From assembly GCA_040752415.1 (NCBI GenBank), contig JBFMGU010000103.1, positions 1 through 35,515 of the forward strand: 35,515 nt of DNA, given 5' to 3'. Each line of letters begins with the position of its first letter. Position 1 is the stretch's first letter. Shown here one piece after another: positions 17,401 through 26,404 of this stretch. The translations under genes and the position numbers were made by a program. The notes under the pieces are model-generated. The model was not told the origin of the DNA and made no database searches. It saw only the letters and a program-made list of their open reading frames with translations. This DNA comes from Myxococcota bacterium (GTDB taxonomy: Bacteria; Myxococcota; JACRCW01).

Positions 17401-17674
17401 GCACCGGGGCATTGCGCCCGGAAGCGGAAGGCACCGCGGCCACGCGTGGCGACGACGCGGTGGGCACCGCCGCATTTCGGGGGCCGCTGGTGGAGGGCAC
17501 GGGCGCCGCGCGTGGCGAGGAGACCTGCGGCACCGGTGCGGTGCGCGGACCGCTGGTGGAGGGCACCGGCGCGCCTTTCACCGTGGAGCCAGGAGGGACC
17601 GGGGCATTCCGTGGCGACGAGACGTTCGGCGCCCCCGCGGGTCGATTCCCCTTGTTGCGCTGGTCGTCCGACAT
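14405..17674 (-). CDS. Single-pass membrane protein: Pro/Ser/Thr-rich repeat N-terminus, TM helix, two tandem M15-like (VanY/LAS) metallopeptidase domains
   Basis: About 13 11-aa repeats; TM LGIVIGATLGLLVVVVGAVVML. Duplicated C-terminal domain with WRS/WRN..Q/H, PG(TSN/DAR)H-x5-D, GW and E(T/S)(W/F)H. Confidence 0.75.
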   Translation of the reverse strand: MSDDQRNKGNRPAGAPNVSSPRNAPVPPGSTVKGAPVPSTSGPRTAPVPQVSSPRAAPVPSTSGPRNAAVPTASSPRVAAVPSASGRNAPVPQVSSPRAAPVPATSGPRNAPVPQVSSPRAVPVPATSGPRNAPVPSTSGPRNAPVPSTSGPRRPVVSAPPVEEENPDHTVQVSLDSIRPPPPSARPPSGSAVLPKVAPVEREDSTVAVSAPLLPARPAAAVLPKAAPQEREDSTVMAGAPSSLFPDEEPFPQPQEPGDATMVGSFPPAPPAVLARKPVDDDPADSTRMAPAAPAVLSRPPVDEDPADSTRVVGTSPEPPRPAPAPPRQRPAPSRPPAPSLGAPPVMAPSPFDPRGEDEDIWAAPGTAPAQELPASANPSATMMLVQAASDAASLLLDEPAAKPARRAPAPPSPPADAQAPAPSSENAVPPTENAASPGFPVTVETVQVPAKTRRKLTTVQLGIVIGATLGLLVVVVGAVVMLRPAADASAGESAAPPPVLPEGPWTAHTLDAREQAATEKHNATVKDGVQVGPNLVAAALAEGVDKPDAPVVVLPLEGTDRHGEPQKVVLRLPSAQVIFKVAQQIHNELGLQLRVTEGWRSNGAHAELLRLAPALTSAPGDARHLVGAVDVSRQDASGKNPLTVGIDGKVIFLEDLSDEDGLERFRAVIRRIEQEEIKKAPRKVKEIVQGWVDSAREDYEAGVWGLADATMEIWRRNGWTVGHCGEVPTESFHAEPIRTVKTCERWNEAYNERIKRYRGSRPPSEGYLLRARDLALQAGPWEPYLMPPDEKEANDEVNADLPEDFMMIGFNRVSAKVAGKVDDPDALIVFLKLPGKDRSGKPQRPLGRMPTAEAVHKIAQDIQKELGLVVRANFLWRNNARQQQLRDATPKLAAKPGTSNHFVNAADISRVEATGKNPLTLGVEGKVIFLEDLQTEEGAERFREVIRRIEKDALKKAKSDKHRGKIVEAWVTSAKEDYDHGIWGLPDATMDIWRKHGWTISHCGEITYETWHAEPITKMKKCERWDDTYNKRIKAYRKKPPPDEDEVFTKVEEVLANPLPKKTAKKKKACKGINCQINKAIDDVKKLF
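17212..17632 (-). repeat. Intragenic ~33-bp tandem repeat encoding VPSTSGPRNAP / VPQVSSPRAAP units
   Basis: Directly visible repeats, e.g. CCGGCGCGTTGCGCGGACC.CTCGTCG recurring between 17220 and 17370. Confidence 0.9.
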
Positions 17675-17866
17675 TGCGCGACCGCGTTCCTCCAGTCGGG
17701 TCCCACCTTACGCCAGGTCACCCGACGACACCACGGACGTTCCGTGAGCTGATGCTCAAGCGCAAGCCGGGAGGGTGGGCCTCGTTCCCACCGCGGCGCC
17801 ACGCGGAGCCACGCGACGACAACGTGCCAAATCCGCAGCTTTCGGGACGACCCCGCGCGCCGCCGC

Positions 17867-19168
17867 TCAGGCGCCCGCGGTGGCACGCCTTCCGGTCACC
17901 AGGCCGCGCAGGTCGCGTCCCAGGCCACGCGCCGCTGCGCCGAGCACCAGGCCCGGGCTCATCCAGCCGTCAACGTCGATGTCCCGCCCCAGCAGGCGCA
18001 GGAACCGTTCCTGGTACAGCGGGTCGGTCATCATCCAGCGGATGAACGTCCGGATCACCACCACGGGCGGCTCGGAATACAGCTCGCGGCGCAGCCGGTC
18101 GGTGGTGGCGTTGAACATGGGCCAGGTCTCGGCGTGGATGCGCTGCCGGTAACCCGCCATGGCGTCGGCAAATGCCCTGCCCTGGAGCCATTCCGCCAGC
18201 GCCTCGTCCAGCAGCCTGGCTCCCAGCAGCGCGTCGTAGATGCCCTGTCCGTCGACGGGATCCTTGTAGTGCAGCGCATCCCCCACCAGCGCCCATCCCG
18301 CTCCACTCGCCTGCCGGTAGCCATTGCCAATGCGTTTCACGCCCACCACGTCGCTGACCTGCCGTGCGTTCTTGAGCCGCCGCGCCACCCCGGGCAAGGA
18401 CTGGAGCGCCTTCACGTAATAACCCTGCGCGTCGCCCGCCACGTCCACGCGGTCCGCGCGCTGGTGGGTGTTGATGGAGGTGCGCCCGTCCGGCATGAGG
18501 AAGAAGAGGACGTCGGTGCCGCGGCCCGTGGTGTACACATGTCCCGCGTTTCCCGACGACGTCGCGGGCGTCACGCCCTCCCAGTCCGCGTAGTAGACGG
18601 TGCTGCAGTGGTCCGGCTTCTCGGTCACCACCGGTGCATCCACCTTGCGCGCCAGCACGCTGAATCGTCCGTCGGCACCCACCACACACCGCGCCTTCAC
18701 CTGCTCGCGCGTGCCGTCGTGGGATTGCAGCACCACGCCACAAACCTGCCCATTGGCCGCGCGCAGCACGTCGACGAGGGTGCACCGCTCGCGCTGGGTC
18801 ACGCTGGGAAAGCGCGCCACGTTCCGCCACAACGCGTGGTCGAAGCGACGTCGATCCACGCCATGGATGTAGGCGCGCCCGTGCATGCGGGGGAGGGACA
18901 TCTCCGCGCGGAAGTGATCGCCGAACTCCATCACGAAGCGATCCATCCGCCCGTCGACGTGGCTGTAGCTGCTCTCGGCGATGCCGAGCTCATCCAGCAT
19001 CTTCATGCTGCCCGGGTGCACCGTGGGCGACGAGGGGACGGCCGGCAAGGACGGAAAAGCCGCCTTGTCCACCAGCAGCACGCGCACGCCCCGCGCCCCC
19101 AGTCGAGCCGCCAGGGTGGAGCCAGCCGGGCGACCGCCCACGATGACCACGTCGGGATTGGAATCCAT
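17867..19168 (-). CDS. NAD(P)/FAD-dependent oxidoreductase (geranylgeranyl reductase / aromatic hydroxylase-like)
   Basis: DVVIVGGRPAG Rossmann motif, RRRFDHAL, VVGADGRFS, LVGDALHYKDPVDGQGI. Confidence 0.9.
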   Translation of the reverse strand: MDSNPDVVIVGGRPAGSTLAARLGARGVRVLLVDKAAFPSLPAVPSSPTVHPGSMKMLDELGIAESSYSHVDGRMDRFVMEFGDHFRAEMSLPRMHGRAYIHGVDRRRFDHALWRNVARFPSVTQRERCTLVDVLRAANGQVCGVVLQSHDGTREQVKARCVVGADGRFSVLARKVDAPVVTEKPDHCSTVYYADWEGVTPATSSGNAGHVYTTGRGTDVLFFLMPDGRTSINTHQRADRVDVAGDAQGYYVKALQSLPGVARRLKNARQVSDVVGVKRIGNGYRQASGAGWALVGDALHYKDPVDGQGIYDALLGARLLDEALAEWLQGRAFADAMAGYRQRIHAETWPMFNATTDRLRRELYSEPPVVVIRTFIRWMMTDPLYQERFLRLLGRDIDVDGWMSPGLVLGAAARGLGRDLRGLVTGRRATAGA

Positions 19169-19284
19169 GGGCGGACCGTACCACCTGGGGCGTGAGGCTG
19201 TCAGAACGAATCGACGCTATGGCGCCGGCGTCTGTCGCGACCGGTGGCGCTCGTCACTTCCCGGCCTGCTGGCTCTTGGGTTTA

Positions 19285-19455
19285 GGGGCGCGTCAGGGTG
19301 ATTTGCTCATGTCGGCGAATGCCGGCGAACACGTTGGGGCTGGGCCGGCCAGGAATTCCCATTGGGATTGCAGACGCGTTGAGCGGGCCACGACCTGGAG
19401 TGCGGCGGGCCCTCGCCGCCCTGGCCAGCGTCCGTGGGTCCTTTCTGACGGCCCC
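19285..19455. repeat. Composite intergenic element: shared terminal motif plus GGAGTGCGG REP-like module (19382-19432)
   Basis: The reverse complement of 19285-19332 resembles 9866-9914. 19382-19432 is 49/51 identical to 35351-35401. Ends in TTTCTGACGGCCCC, inverted relative to GGGGCGCGTCAGG. Confidence 0.75.
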
Positions 19456-19462
19456 GCCGGTG

Positions 19463-20647
19463 TCAGCCGCGGCCGCCCTGCACCAGGTTCTTCACCGCGT
19501 CCTGCAGCCCCTCGACGCTGAGGTGATACATGGGGAACAGCTGGCCAATGACCTGCGTGGTGCGCGCGTACCAGGCGCGAGGCGGGTCGGGGTTGAGCCA
19601 CACGCAGCGCTTGAAGTGCCGACGCACCATCTGCAGGTACTCCACGCCGGTGGTCTCCACCTCGTGCGTGGTGTCGATGGCGCCGTAGGGGTGCAGCAGC
19701 TCCGCGGGGTGCATGGCCGCGTCCCCGACGATGAGGACCTTCCACCGGTCGTCGAGCTGGGCGAAGAGATCCGCCAGGAGCACCGCGTGCTGCCGCATGA
19801 GCCAGGGGTGGTTGTAGACGCGGTCGTAGATGCAGTTGTGGAAGTAGTACTTCCGCACCTCCCGCAGCCCGTGCGTCTCGCGGAGCGCGGTGACCAGTCG
19901 ACTGACGAGATTGGTGTACGGGTCCATGGTGCCGCCCACGTCCATGAGCAGCAGCAGGCGCACGTTGTTCCGACGTGGCGGACGGAACAGCAGCTCGATC
20001 TCGCCCGCGTTCTTGCAGGTGGCGTCAATGGAGCCGTCGATGTCCAGCTCGCTGGCATCGCCCACACGGGTGAGCTCGCGCAGGCGACGCAGGGCCACCT
20101 TGAGCTGCCGCACGTCGAGCGTGACGTCGGTGCGGTAGCCGATGTAGCGCCGCTCCTCGGCCACCTTCATGGCGGAGCGACCACCCGCTTCCCCGCCCAC
20201 GCGGATTCCCGTGGGATGCTGACCGCCGTGCCCGTAGGGCGAGCGCCCGCCGGTGCCCACCCAGCGGTCTCCGCCGTCGTGACGCTCGGTCTGCTGGCGC
20301 AGCGTCTCCTCCAGCCGCCGCATCAGCTCGCGCGCGTCCAGGTGCTCCAGCAGGGCCAGCTGCTCGTCGGTGAGCTTGGGGAGCTTCTTGCCTTCCCGCA
20401 GCCACTCCAGGATCTTGTCGTCGATCTTCAGGGTCCCTTCCACGCCCTCGAAGATCTCAGCGAAGACGCGGTCGAACGCGTCGAAGTGCGCCTCCGTCTT
20501 CACCAGGCACGCGCGCGCCACCGAGTAGAAGCCCATGAGGCTCTGCTGGTGCAGCCCCTTCTCCAGCGCGGTCATGAGGGTCTGCCACTCCTGGATGGAG
20601 ACGGGCACGCCCTCGCTGCGCAGTCGGAAGAAGAGATCCAGGAACAC
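19463..20647 (-). CDS. VWA domain-containing protein (CoxE-like), MoxR partner
   Basis: MIDAS-like LLMDVGGTMD, YFHNCIY, IVGDAAMHPAEL, WLNP, HDGGDRWVGTGGRSPYG. GTG start 12 bp downstream of the ATPase stop. Confidence 0.9.
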   Translation of the reverse strand: MFLDLFFRLRSEGVPVSIQEWQTLMTALEKGLHQQSLMGFYSVARACLVKTEAHFDAFDRVFAEIFEGVEGTLKIDDKILEWLREGKKLPKLTDEQLALLEHLDARELMRRLEETLRQQTERHDGGDRWVGTGGRSPYGHGGQHPTGIRVGGEAGGRSAMKVAEERRYIGYRTDVTLDVRQLKVALRRLRELTRVGDASELDIDGSIDATCKNAGEIELLFRPPRRNNVRLLLLMDVGGTMDPYTNLVSRLVTALRETHGLREVRKYYFHNCIYDRVYNHPWLMRQHAVLLADLFAQLDDRWKVLIVGDAAMHPAELLHPYGAIDTTHEVETTGVEYLQMVRRHFKRCVWLNPDPPRAWYARTTQVIGQLFPMYHLSVEGLQDAVKNLVQGGRG

Positions 20648-20659
20648 GCGGGCCTCACC

Positions 20660-21535
20660 TCACTGCGTGTAACGCGGGCCCAGCTGCTGCCAGGTGTTGG
20701 GCACGGTGGTTTTCTGCTTCATGACCTTCTGCAGCAGCGTCACGTCCTTCTCGTTCTTGAGCAGCACGCCCAGGTGCGGGATGGCCTCCTCCACCTGCTC
20801 CAGCGTGATGCCCGCGCGCATGAGCGCGGCAATCCAGTCCACCAGCTCGCTCGTGGAGGGGCGCTTGCGGATCTCGGGCAGCTCGCGCAGCCAGTAGAAC
20901 TTGATGAGCACCTGCTCCAGCAGCTTCTCCTCCAGCTTCTTGTGGTGCACCGCCACGATCTGCTTCATGAGATGCCGGTCGGGAAACTCGATGTAGTGGA
21001 ACACGCAGCGACGGAGGAACGCGTCCGGCAGCTCCTTCTCGTTGTTGGAGGTGATGATCACCACGGGACGGTGGCGCGCGCTGATGGTCTCCGCGGTCTC
21101 GTGGATGGAGAAGCGCATCTCGTCCAGCTCGCGCAGGAGGTCGTTGGGGAACTCCAGGTCCGCCTTGTCGATCTCGTCGATGAGCAGCACCTGGCGCGAC
21201 TCCGCGGCAAAGGCCTGCCCCAAGGGCCCCAGGCGGATGTAGCGCTTGATGTCGCGCACGTCGCCACCGCCAAAGCGGCTGTCATTGAGGCGCTGCACCG
21301 TGTCGTAGACGTAGAGGCCATCCTGCGCCTTGGACGTGGACTTGATGTGCCAGGTCAGCAGCGGCATCTTGAGGTCTTCCGCCACGTGTCGCGCCAGCAC
21401 GGTCTTGCCGGTGCCGGGCTCACCCTTGATGAGCAGCGGCCGCTCGACGGCAATGGCGACGTTGACGGCATCCCGCAGCGCGGGGCTGGTGACGTAGCTG
21501 GCGGTTCCGGTGAAGCGGTTGAAGCTGTGTTCCAT
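20660..21535 (-). CDS. MoxR-family AAA+ ATPase
   Basis: Walker A GEPGTGKT, Walker B LLIDEIDKAD, ITSNNEKELPDAFLRRC. Confidence 0.95.
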   Translation of the reverse strand: MEHSFNRFTGTASYVTSPALRDAVNVAIAVERPLLIKGEPGTGKTVLARHVAEDLKMPLLTWHIKSTSKAQDGLYVYDTVQRLNDSRFGGGDVRDIKRYIRLGPLGQAFAAESRQVLLIDEIDKADLEFPNDLLRELDEMRFSIHETAETISARHRPVVIITSNNEKELPDAFLRRCVFHYIEFPDRHLMKQIVAVHHKKLEEKLLEQVLIKFYWLRELPEIRKRPSTSELVDWIAALMRAGITLEQVEEAIPHLGVLLKNEKDVTLLQKVMKQKTTVPNTWQQLGPRYTQ

Positions 21536-21634
21536 GAAGCCGGTTATGGTCCGGGCCCGGTGTTGAAGCAATGGCGCCCACAACTCAACGCGCCGCGCGG
21601 GCGTGCCGCCTCCGCCGGCGTTCCAGATGGCAGC

Positions 21635-22783
21635 TCAGGGCGAAATGGGGTGCGTGCCGAGGAAGACCGGTGCCTCCTGCGTCAGCTGGAGAATGCGCAC
21701 GCCTCTCTCGGCATCCACGACGTACACGCGATCCCCCGTGGTCGCCAGACCCAGCCCGCGCCCACTGAACGACTGCTGCCATGCCTGCGTCGGCGTGTCG
21801 CCGGAGATGCGCACGCCCGTCAACCAGGTCATCAGCGACGTCTTGTCGACCGTGAGGAGCAGGAGCAGTTCGCCTGCCACCGTGACCCCGGTGCAGGATC
21901 CCGTCATGTCGAGTGAGGCCGCTACTACCGGCGACCCGTGCACGACCAGGCGCGTCTGCGTCCGCACGCTGACGACTTCTGCGAGCGCGTTCTGCCAGGG
22001 CACAAGGTGACGTCGCGGCGGTTCTGGAACCCAGGCCACGGGATCCAGAACCTCGCTCTCTGAGAACAGGTTGTGCACGGGCAACTCCTGCCACGTATCG
22101 TCCGCACGCAGCGCCGCCCGCGCCCATTCGGCGCCGGCGACGACGAGCGAGCCACTCCAGCGTGCTATCGCCATGGGCAGCAGCGCGGGACGAGGCAGCG
22201 CGTGCCACATCGAGTCGCCACTCTCGAATCCGACAATAACGACATGACTGGAAGGAACCGGGATCAACGCTTCATCACGCGTGTAGATGGCGTCGGTGGT
22301 GAGCGGCCCCACGTCGAGAAGAATGGTGACGTCCCGTTCGATACGGAGTTGACCATGCTGGCCGAGTACCCAGCGACCGTCGGCGGTGAATGCCGCGGAG
22401 AGCCCGCCACCGGGCAACGCCTCCGCTGAAGCAATGAGGCCTCCGGCTGTGGCGTCCCACAACGCCGCCGGCGGTCCAATGGTGATGACGCGGTCGCCGT
22501 GCGCCGCCACTCCCGTGATGACGCCGCTCTCGTGGTAGTCGGGGTATTCCGGTGAGTCCGAAGTAGACCAGCCGCCAGTGGAGGAGCTCCCACCCGACGA
22601 GGAACCCGACGACTGCTCCGTCGATCTTGTCGCACTGCCGCTGCTGGAGCGACCGCTTTCCGCACCACCGTCGGGAAAACGCCCGCCCTCCCTCTGCGGG
22701 TGGGCTTCGGTGTCGTAGGACCCGCAGCCCAGCGCTGCCACGAAGACCAGTACCTCAACGCGTACGCGAAATGGCAATCGCAT
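21635..22783 (-). CDS. Hypothetical lipoprotein with Ser/Gly linker and probable beta-propeller (LVIVD-like last blade)
   Basis: Lipobox AALGC, Ser-rich linker, C-terminal GDRVYVVDAERGVRIL. Overlaps the upstream gene. Confidence 0.65.
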   Translation of the reverse strand: MRLPFRVRVEVLVFVAALGCGSYDTEAHPQREGGRFPDGGAESGRSSSGSATRSTEQSSGSSSGGSSSTGGWSTSDSPEYPDYHESGVITGVAAHGDRVITIGPPAALWDATAGGLIASAEALPGGGLSAAFTADGRWVLGQHGQLRIERDVTILLDVGPLTTDAIYTRDEALIPVPSSHVVIVGFESGDSMWHALPRPALLPMAIARWSGSLVVAGAEWARAALRADDTWQELPVHNLFSESEVLDPVAWVPEPPRRHLVPWQNALAEVVSVRTQTRLVVHGSPVVAASLDMTGSCTGVTVAGELLLLLTVDKTSLMTWLTGVRISGDTPTQAWQQSFSGRGLGLATTGDRVYVVDAERGVRILQLTQEAPVFLGTHPISP

Positions 22784-24920
22784 CTTCCACCCAGGTGCCA
22801 GCGCGGACCGAGGAGAGCCCGGCCACGTCGGCCATCGTCACCGCCATGGGGAATTGAACAGCTTCGACGCCCGCGTAGCCGAACGAGCCGGGAGTGACCT
22901 CGGGTGGCGTCGGAGGAATCTCCAGCGCGAACTGCGTTCCGCCGGGCTGGAACGTGATCACCCAGCTGAGCTCGTCGCCGGAGAGATGGACCCGATGCAG
23001 GTGCGCCCCCGGCGCCGCCCTGCCGACGACGACGCCGGAGGCCTCCATGGTGGCGTCGGGGAACGCGAGGAAACGCTGGGCGGGGAAGCTATTGACGTTG
23101 TCGGTGGTCGGACGTGTGCCCCAGGCAAGGAGCATCGAGACCGACCGCTCTGCCCGGCCTTCTTCCGTCGGGTCGGATGCCATGGCAACGGTGACAGGCT
23201 GTGACCACTCAAGCCCCGAGTGCGCGGGTGCCCAGTTCAACGCCAGGTCTCCCGCGACCAAGCCGGCGCACTCGTCCAGAACCACGGTCGCCAAGTTGTC
23301 AGCGCACGAAACCACGCCGTCGAACCCGGGCGACAACCGACACTGATACCGCTCCGTGGTCTCGCATCCGTCGCTGACGGCATCAAATCCAAGAGGAATG
23401 AATCCGCCACCGGGAACGTTCGCGCCCGTGAGCAGCAGGATCTGGGTCATCACCCGCCCGTCGGGCGCGTGGGGAAGGTGCGGGACCCGCCACACGGAGA
23501 GGCGCGTGCGCGGCCACACCGGGTTCAGTTCACGAAAGACTGCCGTCTCCGTCTCGTGGAAGGCCAGCGGAAAGACCACGTGGTAGCCGTTTCGCAGCAG
23601 CGCCGTCCACTCCCACATCAGCCCGCCCCGTTCTTGGTATGGCACACCGAACAGGGGGAAACGGTTGAGCGGGATCTGCACCGCCAGGCCCCACACCCAT
23701 CCCAGACACGCGTCTCCTTGGGCGCAGTCCTGGAACAACAGCCGCGCTTCACGGACAATGGCTTCGGTGTTCAGCATCTCGGTGAGGTGTGACGGCCAGG
23801 GGATGTCCTGCTCATCAATGGACACGCTGGGAATGCTGATGTCCACCAAACGTGGCGGCCCTTCCAAGGAGACCATGTCCAGGCGTGGAGAGAGTCTCCA
23901 TGGCGTGGAAGGGCTGGCCAGACCGAGCTTGACGTCGCCTCTCGGCGGTGCGCTGCGACGGTAATCGAACGTCACCGTGACCTCTCGCGGGGAAGTCTCC
24001 GCGCGTGGCTCGAGGAAGAGGACAACGTCGGCGGTGCCAGGCCGCACGTAGGTGGCCCAGTTCCAGCCGGATTGGGGAAACGCAGAAACGTCGATGATTT
24101 CCGCGTCGACGCCCGCTTCCGCAAAGTGCACCGTCCCGCCTGGGTCAGTGACCGCCACAAACGTGGTGCCTGTCACCATCCGCAACTGCACCGGAACTCC
24201 GGGAATCGGCCGTCCGGTCCGCACATCGAGCACCGTGGCGCGCACATCGCCGTCGACGAGAGGCGACATTACCTCCACCGGCACGTCGCACGTTGCGTCA
24301 CCCTGGCCGACCCGCACCGTGGTGATTCCCGGTGTCAGCGCTGACACGACGCCGCTCTGCGCGGTGGCCACCGCCTCGTTGTCGACGACGAATGTGAAAT
24401 CATCCGCTGCTACGAGGCGCCCATGCGCGTCTATTCCTGCCACACTCAGCGCGCGTCTGCCGCCGACAGGAAGGCGGAGGAGTCTCGGCGTGGTGAAGCA
24501 GGTGATGCTCCGCGACGGGGATTGCGATTGGCAGGCTGATTGGACCGCTCCGGCGTCGTTGGTGGAGTTGATGCACGTCCCGCCGTCGACGCAGGCAGCA
24601 GGATTCCAGGGATCGCACATAGGCGTACGACAAACCCCTGCCCGGCGGTCACACTCCAGCCCGCTGTCACAATCCTCGTCGCGCTCGCAAACTGCCCGGA
24701 TGCAACAACAGTCCGAGCCATGGCACGGAAACCCGTCGCTGGCGTTGTTGCACAGAAAGCCGCCGCCGCAGTCGCGCGCGACCAGGCAGCCTGGACGCCC
24801 GAGGCTACACGGCGCGCGCGGTGAAGGAGACGTCGCCGCGTCCGGTGCACCGCCACCTCCGTCGGATGACGAACGGCACGCCACACTCGTAGCCATCAGG
24901 AACGTCATCGCCCAGCGCAT
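22755..24920 (-). CDS. Large lipoprotein with Cys-rich repeats, Ig-like (BIG2-like) and carboxypeptidase-regulatory-like beta domains
   Basis: GAGGAG RBS before MRWAMTFLMATSVAC. Cys-rich C..D.DC..G..C units; DNEAVATAQSGVVSALTPGITTVRV; VLDVRTGRPIPGVPV...TDPGG. Confidence 0.75.
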   Translation of the reverse strand: MRWAMTFLMATSVACRSSSDGGGGAPDAATSPSPRAPCSLGRPGCLVARDCGGGFLCNNASDGFPCHGSDCCCIRAVCERDEDCDSGLECDRRAGVCRTPMCDPWNPAACVDGGTCINSTNDAGAVQSACQSQSPSRSITCFTTPRLLRLPVGGRRALSVAGIDAHGRLVAADDFTFVVDNEAVATAQSGVVSALTPGITTVRVGQGDATCDVPVEVMSPLVDGDVRATVLDVRTGRPIPGVPVQLRMVTGTTFVAVTDPGGTVHFAEAGVDAEIIDVSAFPQSGWNWATYVRPGTADVVLFLEPRAETSPREVTVTFDYRRSAPPRGDVKLGLASPSTPWRLSPRLDMVSLEGPPRLVDISIPSVSIDEQDIPWPSHLTEMLNTEAIVREARLLFQDCAQGDACLGWVWGLAVQIPLNRFPLFGVPYQERGGLMWEWTALLRNGYHVVFPLAFHETETAVFRELNPVWPRTRLSVWRVPHLPHAPDGRVMTQILLLTGANVPGGGFIPLGFDAVSDGCETTERYQCRLSPGFDGVVSCADNLATVVLDECAGLVAGDLALNWAPAHSGLEWSQPVTVAMASDPTEEGRAERSVSMLLAWGTRPTTDNVNSFPAQRFLAFPDATMEASGVVVGRAAPGAHLHRVHLSGDELSWVITFQPGGTQFALEIPPTPPEVTPGSFGYAGVEAVQFPMAVTMADVAGLSSVRAGTWVEDAIAISRTR

Positions 24921-25053
24921 CCACGCTCCTCGCGTCGATCCGATTGTGGCCGCCGCTCCCGCGGGATGCCACCCAGATACGGCCGTCGTGCAATCTGAGA
25001 GAAAGCTCGAGGCGATGATCAACAGGCAACGTCCTGTGGTGCTTTCCCGCGTC

Positions 25054-25344
25054 TCACCGACACACCTTCGGACCCGAGCACGAGGGCAGGCATTGGCTGT
25101 AGGCGGACGAATCGCAATCATCATCCCTGCCGCAAACGCGGGCGCAGTGCTTCTGGCCACCACAGCCAGCGTCGGTGGGAGTGATGAACACGCAGACGGC
25201 GTTGTCCGAACACATCGTGTCGTCGTGGCAGGGCAGGAGACGGGAGGTCCCACAGCCAAGAGCGAGGAAGCACACCAGCGCGACCACCGCGGCACCCCGC
25301 CAGGTGTGCCAGTAGGGAGGGCTTGTGCCGAGGTAGCCACGCAT
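25054..25344 (-). CDS. Small cysteine-rich lipoprotein (96 aa)
   Basis: Forms the C-terminal end of the spurious ORF 25054-26556. Hydrophobic signal plus LALGC, then 10 Cys in PC..D..C and C..DDDC patterns. Confidence 0.65.
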   Translation of the reverse strand: MRGYLGTSPPYWHTWRGAAVVALVCFLALGCGTSRLLPCHDDTMCSDNAVCVFITPTDAGCGGQKHCARVCGRDDDCDSSAYSQCLPSCSGPKVCR

Positions 25345-25617
25345 CAGGGGTGGCAAAGGTGTGCGCACCCGGGCTCCTCCGCCATCAGGCGCACCTGCTG
25401 TTGGCGGGTTGCGGCGTTCAGTTTGCAGGACGGCAACACGAGGTCTCATCACTCCCTCCAACGCACCACCCTGCAAGCACCTGGCCATTCCCCTCCCTCC
25501 ACGACGACGAAGGAAAACCGGGTCGTGACGCGCCCGTGGGTGTGAAGCCCGGCAACGCTGTGAAACGCGCGCACGCGGGCAGGTATGATTCACGCAGAAT
25601 GAAACCCTGGAGCCTGC

Positions 25618-26391
25618 ATGAGCCACTTCACCGACCCGGCCGTCTACGAACGCATCTCCACCGTGCAGGCCGAATGGGGCCGGGTGGTGGTGGAGGACGT
25701 GGTGGGGCTGTGGGGCGCGCGTCCGGTCGACGTGCTCGCGGACCTGGGCTGCGGCTCGGGCCGCGTGACGGAGATGGCGGTGCGCGCGCTCCATCCCCGA
25801 CGGGTGATCTGCCAGGACGTGGTGGCATCCATGGCGTCGGCCACCGCGGCGCGGGTTCGGGCGTTGGGCTGCGAGGCCACCGAGTCCGTGGGCGACGCGG
25901 CCTCTTTCACGACGGAAACCCCCTGCGACATCATCTTCTCGACGGCGGCGCTGCACTGGGTGCTGGATCATGACGGCGTGGCGCAGGCCATCCACAACGC
26001 GCTGGCGCCGGGTGGACTGCTGCGCGCGCAGTGTGGCGGCGCGGGCAATCTCCGTCGGGCCTCGGCGGTGTCGCAGCGCATCTACCGGGAGGTGGTGGGG
26101 AAGGACCCGCCGCCGTATCCCGCGCGCTTTGCGGGAGCGGAGGAGTGGACCGCGCGTCTGACGTCGCTGGGGATGAAACGCGTGGACTGCCGGCTGCGCG
26201 ACGCGCCCGCGGTGTTCCCCACGCCGGAGCGGTTCGAGGAGTTCGTGCGCAACGTGGTGCTCACGCCGTGGCTCAGGGCGGTGCCGGAGGGTTTGCAGGA
26301 GGAGTTCATGCGTCGCGTGGTGGAGGCCGCGGTGCGCGAGCTGGAGCTGACGCTGGACTACGTGCGGCTGGAGTTGACGGCGTGGAAGTAG
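25618..26391 (+). CDS. Class I SAM-dependent methyltransferase (trans-aconitate methyltransferase-like)
   Basis: DLGCGSG motif I, DIIFSTAALHWV, LAPGG, DYVRL C-terminus; GGAG RBS. Confidence 0.9.
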   Translation: MSHFTDPAVYERISTVQAEWGRVVVEDVVGLWGARPVDVLADLGCGSGRVTEMAVRALHPRRVICQDVVASMASATAARVRALGCEATESVGDAASFTTETPCDIIFSTAALHWVLDHDGVAQAIHNALAPGGLLRAQCGGAGNLRRASAVSQRIYREVVGKDPPPYPARFAGAEEWTARLTSLGMKRVDCRLRDAPAVFPTPERFEEFVRNVVLTPWLRAVPEGLQEEFMRRVVEAAVRELELTLDYVRLELTAWK

Positions 26392-26404
26392 CGCTCGACG
26401 CCTG

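Noticed and set aside
15473..18045. Long plus-strand ORFs (759, 510 and 541 aa)
   Set aside because: Antisense shadows of the Pro-rich membrane protein.
17867..19168. Flavin-dependent halogenase or biosynthetic gene cluster
   Set aside because: No WxWxIP halogenase motif and no neighbouring PKS, NRPS or RiPP genes.
19298..21916. 872-aa plus-strand ORF
   Set aside because: Antisense shadow of the MoxR and VWA genes, typical of high-GC DNA, with no motifs.
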